Below, piece by piece: positions 53,051-59,760 of a DNA stretch of 64,000 nt (its first letter is position 1; the number at the start of each line of letters is the position of its first letter). Under the pieces are notes generated by a model. The model worked only from the letters and a program-made list of their open reading frames with translations. It was not told where the DNA came from and made no database searches. The stretch spans positions 9,484-73,483 of the forward strand of contig JBAXAM010000003.1 in NCBI GenBank assembly GCA_037142515.1, given 5' to 3'. The translations under genes were made by a program, and so were the position numbers. The stretch is from a bacterium (GTDB taxonomy: Bacteria; Pseudomonadota; Gammaproteobacteria; UBA9339).

Positions 53051-53116
53051 AATGTTAAGTGAAACTCGAATTATAATTCGTAAAATAGGCATCTTATTAA
53101 TTTATAAGAAAAAATC

Positions 53117-53504
53117 ATGGAAAAAAATTTTAAATATTCAAAACCCTCATTGGGCAAATGTATCGTATAAGCAAATCTCTGACCGATCTGTGCTTGATCG
53201 GCTAATAAAAAAACTGTCGCTTAAAGAGATACAAGTGCTCTTGGGTGTAAGACGATCAGGAAAATCCACCCTATTTAAACTTTTGATCAATCATATTCTA
53301 AAGCAGGTAGATGGGAAAGAAATTTTTTATATTAATTTGGATGATCCGTTTTTTTCCGAAGTTTGGGATGATGCGAAAAAATTATATTCCGTAGTAGAAA
53401 CAGCTGAGAAAATAACCGGAACTAATAACCAAGAAGAAAAAATTAGCGAAAAAATAGCAGTTATCCCTTTTTGGAAGTGGTGGTTTTTAATTGACACCAT
53501 GTAG
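53117..53504 (+). pseudogene. remnant of an AAA_14/DUF4143-type ATPase gene
   Basis: The reading frame gives ..ILNIQNPHWANV...VLLGVRRSGKSTLFKLL...IFYINLDDP (N-terminal P-loop part). It then jumps directly to a family-typical C-terminal ...KIAVIPFWKWWFL, so roughly 270 aa of a ~400-aa protein are missing. The only nearby ATG (53117, in atggaaaaaaatttt) is out of frame across an A-run. Confidence 0.6.
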
Positions 53505-54281
53505 AAAATGAAACGCTCCATAACCTACTACTTGGTCTTTTGATCCAGCAGTGTCACCAGAATTGCGCAGATCAACTTGTGTTGCGCGCATCTTTTTCTT
53601 GGCAGCAACAGTCAGCAAGCCCTTTATAGCTGTTGCACCGCAGGCCTGTTCTGATGAAAAACCCTCTGGATACAGTGCAATAATAGCACCCGCTGTTTTT
53701 TTGTCTAAAGATTGTGCTAGGTCGTAAGGGTAGTAATGGCTCAAATCGGAACTAATGATAATTATAGTTTCTGGACCACCCCATAATTTCTCTAAAATAT
53801 TTGCTACTTGTGCAACTGTAGCTAAGCCAACCAATAATGGTACTAAAGAAAAATTTTCTAGTGTTAACTGTAAGAATGGTAGGTGTACTTCGATGGCATG
53901 TTCTGAAACAAAGGCTTCTTCGATTGCTTGTACATAAGGTAAATTTATTTTAGCTATGCTTTTTTGATCGATGGTAATTTGACCCAGTGGAGTAATATAA
54001 AATTCAGCGTTGGTTGTAGCAATGCCATCTACAGGATATTGATGTGATGGTGCAAGCAATACTACTTGATGAATTTGCTTTTTGGCCTTTGCGAGGCTTG
54101 CATAAGCGGATGCAGCAATTGGTCCTGAGTAAATGTAACCAGCATGTGGAGCAATAATTGCTTTTGGGATTGGTAACGCGGCTTTATCGGATGCGTCTAC
54201 AAGCATTTTTAAAATGTTCTGGCATAGCACATCAGGATTTGTTGGATAGAACTTGCCTGCGACGTTTGGATAAATTACCAT
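53487..54281 (-). CDS. amrB: MEMO1-family protein (AmmeMemoRadiSam system protein B)
   Basis: MVIYPNVAGKFYPTNPDVL...AIIAPHAGYIYSGPIAASAY...VVLLAPSH...IIISSDLSHY are MEMO-family motifs. Confidence 0.88.
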   Translation of the reverse strand: MVIYPNVAGKFYPTNPDVLCQNILKMLVDASDKAALPIPKAIIAPHAGYIYSGPIAASAYASLAKAKKQIHQVVLLAPSHQYPVDGIATTNAEFYITPLGQITIDQKSIAKINLPYVQAIEEAFVSEHAIEVHLPFLQLTLENFSLVPLLVGLATVAQVANILEKLWGGPETIIIISSDLSHYYPYDLAQSLDKKTAGAIIALYPEGFSSEQACGATAIKGLLTVAAKKKMRATQVDLRNSGDTAGSKDQVVGYGAFHFLHGVN

Positions 54282-54284
54282 AAT

Positions 54285-55316
54285 ATGGTTATGTTATCAC
54301 AAAGTTATCCAACAAAATATTGGCACAAATTAGAAAATGATAGAGTCCAGTGTGACCTTTGTCCCCAATTTTGTAAATTAAACGAAGGACAGCGTGGTAT
54401 TTGCTATGTAAGAGTGCGGCAAAACGACCAAATTGTGCTTACTGCTTATGGGAGATCGAGTGGTTTTTGTGTTGATCCAATTGAAAAAAAACCGCTAAAC
54501 CATTTTTTGTCCGGTTCAGCTGTTTATTCCTTTGGTACCGTTGGTTGTAATTTATTATGTAAGTTTTGTCAAAATTGGGATATAAGTAAAGTGCGTGAAG
54601 ATGATGGTTTGGCGGCCATAGCTACGCCACAAAATATTGCCAAGATTGCTAAGAAGCAGCAATGCCAAAGCGTTGCTTTTACTTATAATGAGCCAATTAT
54701 TTTTATGGAGTATGCCATCGATGTTGCCAAAGAATGTCACAAGCTTGGCATTAAGACCGTGGCGGTGACCAATGGTTATATTTGCGATGAGCCGCGCAAA
54801 GAATTTTTTTCTCACATGGATGCTGTTCGTGTTGATCTTAAGAGCTTTACCGATAAATTTTATAAGAATATAACTAGTTCACGTTTGCAGCCAGTGCTGG
54901 ATACTCTTGTTTACTTAAAAAAGCATACAAATATTTGGTTTGAAGTTATTTGTCTTTTAATTTCTGGTGAGAATGATTCTGTCGCTGAAATTGAAGAATT
55001 AACTAAGTGGCTCGTAGAAAACTTGGGGGTAGATGTTCCTGTGCATTTCACCGCTTTTTACCCAGCATGGAAGATGCTTGATAAACCAGTAACGCCACTT
55101 GAGATTTTAATTCGCGCACGTGATATCGCTATGAAAAATGGAATGCGATATGCTTATACAGGCAATGTCTATCATCCCGAGGGCAGTAAAACTTTTTGCC
55201 ATAACTGTAAAAAATGCGTAATTGTCCGGGCTAGTTATACTATTGAGGAATATCACCTGAATGATACAGGGAATTGCAAGTTTTGTGGAGCTGAATGTGC
55301 CGGGGTCTTTATTTGA
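54285..55316 (+). CDS. amrS: AmmeMemoRadiSam system radical SAM enzyme
   Basis: The N-terminal Cys cluster reads VQCDLCPQFCKLNEGQRGICYVR, the radical-SAM motif reads GCNLLCKFCQNW, and the C-terminal cluster reads CHNCKKC...GNCKFCG. The gene is divergent from amrB. Confidence 0.88.
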   Translation: MVMLSQSYPTKYWHKLENDRVQCDLCPQFCKLNEGQRGICYVRVRQNDQIVLTAYGRSSGFCVDPIEKKPLNHFLSGSAVYSFGTVGCNLLCKFCQNWDISKVREDDGLAAIATPQNIAKIAKKQQCQSVAFTYNEPIIFMEYAIDVAKECHKLGIKTVAVTNGYICDEPRKEFFSHMDAVRVDLKSFTDKFYKNITSSRLQPVLDTLVYLKKHTNIWFEVICLLISGENDSVAEIEELTKWLVENLGVDVPVHFTAFYPAWKMLDKPVTPLEILIRARDIAMKNGMRYAYTGNVYHPEGSKTFCHNCKKCVIVRASYTIEEYHLNDTGNCKFCGAECAGVFI

Positions 55317-55560
55317 ATTTATTGTTGCTTGTCACATATATATTCAGGGCTCTCAAACAATCGTAAAACATATTAATAAAACCACCGCAGGAATAGTGGA
55401 TATCTTTGTGCAAATATCCATGCGCTTTCCATTGGTCGCAACATATTGCCCTGCAGAGATTAGCGTTCTTAACAGAAAAAGATAAAGATTTGCCGTCGCA
55501 TTTGCACGATTCAACGCCACCAGATACTAAACACATCTCCTGAATACTTAAAGGTCTCAT
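55309..55560 (-). CDS. Cys-rich small protein with double-glycine (GG) leader; candidate bacteriocin/RiPP-like precursor (83 aa)
   Basis: My translation is MRPLSIQEMCLVSGG/VESCKCDGKSLSFSVKNANLCRAICCDQWKAHGYLHKDIHYSCGGFINMFYDCLRALNIYVTSNNKFK. The leader matches L(-12)S(-11)xxE(-8)[LM](-7)xx[IV](-4)xG(-2)G(-1). GAGGTG lies 5 nt upstream of ATG 55560. The longer track start at 55593 lies upstream of the predicted TSS. Confidence 0.6.
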   Translation of the reverse strand: MRPLSIQEMCLVSGGVESCKCDGKSLSFSVKNANLCRAICCDQWKAHGYLHKDIHYSCGGFINMFYDCLRALNIYVTSNNKFK

Positions 55561-55596
55561 TGTCACCTCTGTCAGATGATTGATGTTGTACATGGC

Positions 55597-55625
55597 ATTC
55601 TATCTTACTGCTCTTTGCTTTTCAA
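55597..55625 (-). promoter_or_regulatory. sigma70-type promoter for the GG-leader peptide gene
   Basis: The reverse strand reads TTGAAA (55625-55620), a 17-nt spacer, then TAGAAT (55602-55597). The -10 hexamer overlaps the rph stop codon. The predicted TSS is near 55590, about 30 nt upstream of ATG 55560. Confidence 0.55.
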
Positions 55626-56310
55626 AAATTTGTTTAAGTCCGAGCTTTGCTAGATCAAGCAGGGCATTTAATTCGTGTTGATTGAAGGTACCATGTTCTG
55701 CTGTTCCTTGGATTTCGATAAAATTTCCATCTTCGGTCATAACAATATTCATGTCAGTACCAATATTACAATCTTCGTTATAGTCGAGGTCAAGTATTAG
55801 GCTGCCTTTGTAAAGACCGACTGAAACCGCTGCGACCAGTTGCCTGAGTGGGTTTTCTTTTAGTTTAAGTTTTTGTTGCAGATGGTTGAGCGCATCAACC
55901 AATGCAATACAACTGCCGGTTATAGCCGCGGTTCTAGTGCCGCCATCGGCTTGAAGTACGTCGCAGTCAATGGTGATTGTGTTTTCACCGATAAGTTTTA
56001 GATTGACTACAGATCGTAGCGAGCGGCCGATCAAGCGTTGAATTTCTAGGGTGCGCCCACCTTGTTTGCCACGTGCTGCTTCGCGGTCAGTACGGGTATG
56101 AGTAGAGCGTGGTAACATGCCATATTCTGCAGTTAGCCAGCCTTGGCCGCTACCCTTGAGAAATTTTGGTATGCCACTAATTATCGATGCAGTACACAAT
56201 ACTTTAGTATCGCCAAATTCTATTAATGCTGAGCCCTCGGCATGCTTAGTGTAGTTGCGTGTAATTTTGATGACTCGTAATTCGTTGAAAGCACGGTTGC
56301 TTGGGCGCAT
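55600..56310 (-). CDS. rph: ribonuclease PH
   Basis: [12 protein letters not shown]...[22 protein letters not shown]...[15 protein letters not shown]...[18 protein letters not shown]. Confidence 0.97.
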   Translation of the reverse strand: MRPSNRAFNELRVIKITRNYTKHAEGSALIEFGDTKVLCTASIISGIPKFLKGSGQGWLTAEYGMLPRSTHTRTDREAARGKQGGRTLEIQRLIGRSLRSVVNLKLIGENTITIDCDVLQADGGTRTAAITGSCIALVDALNHLQQKLKLKENPLRQLVAAVSVGLYKGSLILDLDYNEDCNIGTDMNIVMTEDGNFIEIQGTAEHGTFNQHELNALLDLAKLGLKQIFEKQRAVR

Positions 56311-56375
56311 AATAGCTCTCCATTTTTATTGCAGTTATAATAATTAAATAGTAACTTATTTCAGAGAGGCTGTAT

Positions 56376-57242
56376 ATGGTTCAAAGCATGACTACATTTG
56401 CAAGATTTTCTGACCAAGGAGCTTGGGGTATGGCTACTTGGGAAATTCGCGCTGTTAATCATCGGTATTTTGATTGTAGTATTAAAATGCCAGAAGTTCT
56501 GCGATCGCTTGAAACTAATATTAGATTGTGTCTGCAGCAACAGCTTCATCGTGGGCGTGTTGAGTGCGCATTGAAATTTCAACCGGGTGAGCAAAGCGGT
56601 TTGAATTTAATGTTAAACATCAGTTTGGTAAAAAAGCTGGCTGATGCGATTGGTGAGGTGAAAAATTATGTGGCGACAAAGCCTGCAGTTGATCCCATGA
56701 AAATTTTAGCTTGGCCACAGGTTTTACAAGTTGTTGAAGAAGATATTGAAGCGGTGCATAAAATAATTTTGCAATTATTCGAAAAAACGCTGATAGATTT
56801 AATTGCTACGCGTAAGCGTGAGGGAGCGGCGCTTGTGAAAATAATGCAAAGCAAGTTGCGGGAAGTTTTAGCTATAACGGGCAAAGTAAAAACTAAAATT
56901 CCGCTAGTTCTCGCAAATCAACGCGCAAAAATTATGCAGCGGTTGGATGAGATAAAAAGCGAGTTGGATCAGACTCGCTTGGAACAGGAAATGGCATATA
57001 TTGTTCAGCGGATGGATGTTGCTGAGGAGCTTGATCGCTTAGAAACGCACAGTAAGGAAATTGGGCGTATATTAATGACAGGTGGCAATATTGGTAAGCG
57101 TCTTGATTTTTTGATGCAGGAGCTAAACCGAGAGGCTAATACTTTGGCATCAAAATCTGTAGATATTGAAGTAACGCAAGCTGCGGTAGAATTGAAAGTG
57201 TTGATCGAACAAATGCGTGAGCAGGTACAGAATATTGTTTAA
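56376..57242 (+). CDS. yicC: YicC-family stress-induced protein
   Basis: MVQSMTTFAR....GAWGMATWEIRAVNHRYFD is collinear with E. coli YicC MIRSMTAYAR..GEWGSATWEMRSVNQRY. The C-terminus reads FLMQELNREANTLASKS. Confidence 0.92.
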   Translation: MVQSMTTFARFSDQGAWGMATWEIRAVNHRYFDCSIKMPEVLRSLETNIRLCLQQQLHRGRVECALKFQPGEQSGLNLMLNISLVKKLADAIGEVKNYVATKPAVDPMKILAWPQVLQVVEEDIEAVHKIILQLFEKTLIDLIATRKREGAALVKIMQSKLREVLAITGKVKTKIPLVLANQRAKIMQRLDEIKSELDQTRLEQEMAYIVQRMDVAEELDRLETHSKEIGRILMTGGNIGKRLDFLMQELNREANTLASKSVDIEVTQAAVELKVLIEQMREQVQNIV

Positions 57243-57754
57243 GAAATAATCTCGTCCATTACTACATCCCATGGGTTTGGTTCAAATTTGACTTTCTGCC
57301 ACTTATACCCAACCCCAAGTAAGTAAGGTTTTGCTTTAGGGTTTTGTTGTTTAAACTCAAAGGTGCGGTCATAACAACCGGCTCCGCGCCCAAGACGAAA
57401 GCGATTATTGTTAAAGCCAAGTAGCGGCACAATTACTAAATCTAATTTTTGCGGTGCAATGATTTTTATTGAGCAGGCTTTTGGATGATGAAACTTAATG
57501 AAGTATAAGTTTCTTTTTGTTTTTGGGTCATAAATTGGTAAATAGCAGTTTTTCCCCTGTTGCCAAATAGCTTCAATAATTGGCCAAACGTCGATTTCGT
57601 TACCAATTGGAATGTAACAGGCGATATTTTTGCTATGGGTAAATATATTGCTTGTTACAACCTTGGTTTTGATCTTTTGTGAGGCCGCAAGGCGAAAATC
57701 CGATGTTAAGTCGCAGAGCTTTTTTTTGATTTGTTGGCGCAGATCATTTTGCAT
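57239..57754 (-). CDS. ygfA: 5-formyltetrahydrofolate cyclo-ligase
   Basis: LRQQIKKKL...IACYIPIGNEIDVWPIIEAIWQQGKNCYLPI...DLVIVPLLGFNNNRFRLGRGAGCYDR are MTHFS-family motifs. The gene sits downstream of zapA as in other gammaproteobacteria. Confidence 0.88.
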   Translation of the reverse strand: MQNDLRQQIKKKLCDLTSDFRLAASQKIKTKVVTSNIFTHSKNIACYIPIGNEIDVWPIIEAIWQQGKNCYLPIYDPKTKRNLYFIKFHHPKACSIKIIAPQKLDLVIVPLLGFNNNRFRLGRGAGCYDRTFEFKQQNPKAKPYLLGVGYKWQKVKFEPNPWDVVMDEIIS

Positions 57755-58037
57755 TTGCCAATGTTTGACGTAATTTGTTTAAGCGGATGCTTAAGTTGCG
57801 GTCATCCAATTGAGATTGTTGTTTTGTGAGTATCAATTCATGAGCGATGTTCAAGGCTGCGGTAACGGCAACGCGATCAATAGTTATAAGTTTGTTGCCA
57901 TGATGCACCTCTTGCATTTTATCGTTGAGGTAACTAGCTGCTTTTTTTAATTCGGCAACCTTGTCCTTGGGACATTTGATTTTAAACTCGCGGCCCAAGA
58001 TGTTTACAGTTACGGTGTCGGTTACTGAATTCATCAT
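57744..58037 (-). CDS. zapA: cell division protein ZapA
   Basis: A 97-aa ORF reading VTVNILGREFKIKCPKDKVAELKKAASYLNDKMQEV...RVAVTAALNIAHEL, which is the ZapA pattern. Confidence 0.88.
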   Translation of the reverse strand: MMNSVTDTVTVNILGREFKIKCPKDKVAELKKAASYLNDKMQEVHHGNKLITIDRVAVTAALNIAHELILTKQQSQLDDRNLSIRLNKLRQTLANAK

Positions 58038-58237
58038 GATAGTTTATCTCGCAGCTCTGTAATTATTTTCTGTATTGATTCAGCTATTTTTTTCTTTTTA
58101 TTTAATAAAGTAGCGCGTTCATGATGCAAGCGAGCCACTTCTTTATGTAATGAGTTGTTTTCAATAATGAGCTGCCGGAAAGATTTAGCAAAATCATTTA
58201 CTTGTAATTCCAAGCTGTCTAGTTCAGATTCGCTCAT
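58034..58237 (-). CDS. small coiled-coil protein upstream of zapA (TIGR02449-like; tentative)
   Basis: A 67-aa ORF reading MSESELDSLELQVNDFAKSFRQLIIENNSLHKEVARLHHERATLLNKKKKIAESIQKIITELRDKLS. I remember a short coiled-coil gene at this position in the Pseudomonas pepP-ygfB-zapA region. I used the internal ATG 58237. Confidence 0.6.
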   Translation of the reverse strand: MSESELDSLELQVNDFAKSFRQLIIENNSLHKEVARLHHERATLLNKKKKIAESIQKIITELRDKLS

Positions 58238-58280
58238 AATGATGATAATATATTGCTTTTGTAAGGTCTGGTCAAATTTT

Positions 58281-59465
58281 ATGCAAAATGACAAATTCAA
58301 ATTACGTCGTGATGAATTATTAAAGCAAATTGGTGCGGGTAGTATTGCTGTTGTTCATGCAGCAAAAGAATGTATTCGAAGCGACAGTGAATATTATCCA
58401 TATCGACAAAATAGCAATTTTTATTACTTAACTGGCTTTACTGAACCTGAATCAATTGCAGTTTTTGCTCCCGGCCGTAGCAAAGGAGAGTTTATTTTGT
58501 TTAGCCGCAAACGTGATGTAACAAAAGAGCTGTGGCATGGTCCATGCGCGGGTCAGGAAGGAGCTTGTCGCGACTTTGGTGCGGATCAGGCATTTTCTAT
58601 TGAAGAAGCTGATGTTTTGTTGCCTCAATTATTGGTTGATCGAAAGTCGATCGACATAAGCGAAATTTTGCATGAAATGCGCCTGAAAAAAGAGTCATAT
58701 GAGCTAGAGCTAATGCGCATGGCAGCAGAAATTACTGCGGCTGGTCATCTAAGGGCTATGCAAACATGCCGTCCTGGAATGCATGAGTTTGAATTGGAGT
58801 CAGAGCTTCTGTATGAGTTTACGCGGCTTGGGGGTCGAGATAAGGCTTTCCAAACCATAGTTGGAGGTGGTGCAAATGCTTGTACGCTACATTACTCAAA
58901 AAATGCTGATAGATTGATTGATGGTGATTTAGTATTAGTAGATGCCGGTGTTGAATATAAATATTATTGCGCCGATGTTACCCGTACGTTTCCTGTCAAT
59001 GGAAAGTTTACTCCAAAGCAACGTGCTATTTATGAGGCGGTGCTTACAACGCAGCTTGAAGTAATTAATCAAATTCGTCCAGGGATAAGGTTTAATAGTT
59101 TGCAGCTTTTGGCTGAGCGTGTAATTACTGAGCACTTAGTGAGCTTGGGTCTACTTAAAGGCAAGGTAGGTGATTTGGTTGCCGAGCAGTCCTTCAAACC
59201 ATTTTTTATGCATAAAATTGGTCATTGGCTTGGGCTTGATGTGCATGATGTTGGTAAATATCAGACTGATGATGCGTGGCGTGTTTTGGAGCCAGGTATG
59301 GTGTTTACTGTTGAACCTGGAATATATATTGCGCCTGATATTGGAGTTAGAGTTGAAGATAATATTTTGGTTACAGAAAACGGTTGTGATGTTTTAACTA
59401 AGATGATACCAAAAACTATCGAAGAAATTGAGGCAACAATGAAGGATTTTAAAAAACATTTTTAG
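58281..59465 (+). CDS. pepP: Xaa-Pro aminopeptidase
   Basis: MQNDKFKLRRDELL...SEYYPYRQNSNFYYLTGFTEPESIAVF, DGDLVLVDAG.EY..YCADVTRTFPV, HKIGHWLGLDVHD and FTVEPGIY are M24B metal ligand motifs. I used ATG 58281. Confidence 0.93.
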   Translation: MQNDKFKLRRDELLKQIGAGSIAVVHAAKECIRSDSEYYPYRQNSNFYYLTGFTEPESIAVFAPGRSKGEFILFSRKRDVTKELWHGPCAGQEGACRDFGADQAFSIEEADVLLPQLLVDRKSIDISEILHEMRLKKESYELELMRMAAEITAAGHLRAMQTCRPGMHEFELESELLYEFTRLGGRDKAFQTIVGGGANACTLHYSKNADRLIDGDLVLVDAGVEYKYYCADVTRTFPVNGKFTPKQRAIYEAVLTTQLEVINQIRPGIRFNSLQLLAERVITEHLVSLGLLKGKVGDLVAEQSFKPFFMHKIGHWLGLDVHDVGKYQTDDAWRVLEPGMVFTVEPGIYIAPDIGVRVEDNILVTENGCDVLTKMIPKTIEEIEATMKDFKKHF

Positions 59466-59470
59466 ATTTT

Positions 59471-59494
59471 TAGTGTTATCTATAGTGCTATCTA
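59471..59494 (+). repeat. 12-bp tandem direct repeat upstream of the OMP promoter (possible regulator site)
   Basis: tagtgttatcta (59471-82) is followed by tagtgctatcta (59483-94), 11/12 identical. The pair ends 21 nt upstream of the -35 hexamer. Confidence 0.8.
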
Positions 59495-59514
59495 TTGGAA
59501 AAATAACAAAACAC

Positions 59515-59542
59515 TTGCGTGCTTGGTTTTTTTTGGTACAAT
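59515..59542 (+). promoter_or_regulatory. sigma70 promoter with extended -10, upstream of OMP paralog 1
   Basis: TTGCGT (59515-20), a 16-nt spacer ending in TGg, then TACAAT (59537-42). This predicts a 5' UTR of about 210 nt before ATG 59761. Confidence 0.5.
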
Positions 59543-59760
59543 AGCTTCTGCGTCAGTCAATAATATTGATTGATATTTTAGGGGTTCGCTGAGGAGGACT
59601 GGTACCGTTCGTAGAGACAGTGGATGCCCGCAAAACAGACGCACTTGTGTACAAAAGTTACGCAGAGCTCTGAAGGAAGTAGCGCTTTTTATCGGAATGA
59701 ATGGTGCGCTGTTTTGAAACCATATTCCAAATTTAAATTTAAATTAGGAGAGAAAAAAGG

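Noticed and set aside
55261-55485. 74-aa forward-strand ORF overlapping the amrS 3' end and the region of the GG-leader peptide.
   Set aside because: It has no SD and starts inside amrS in another frame. The reverse-strand reading has an SD, a promoter and a recognisable leader motif, so the reverse ORF was preferred.
55561-55593. Longer start (MYNINHLTEVT...) for the GG-leader peptide ORF.
   Set aside because: It would begin upstream of or at the predicted TSS (~55590). It lacks an SD and would bury the GG leader 11 residues deeper than is usual.
59560-59730. Possible riboswitch or 6S-like RNA in the pepP-OMP spacer.
   Set aside because: I could find no signature of a known riboswitch class and no extended 5'/3' closing helix with a central bubble as expected for 6S RNA. 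It is kept only as an unexplained long leader in the findings.
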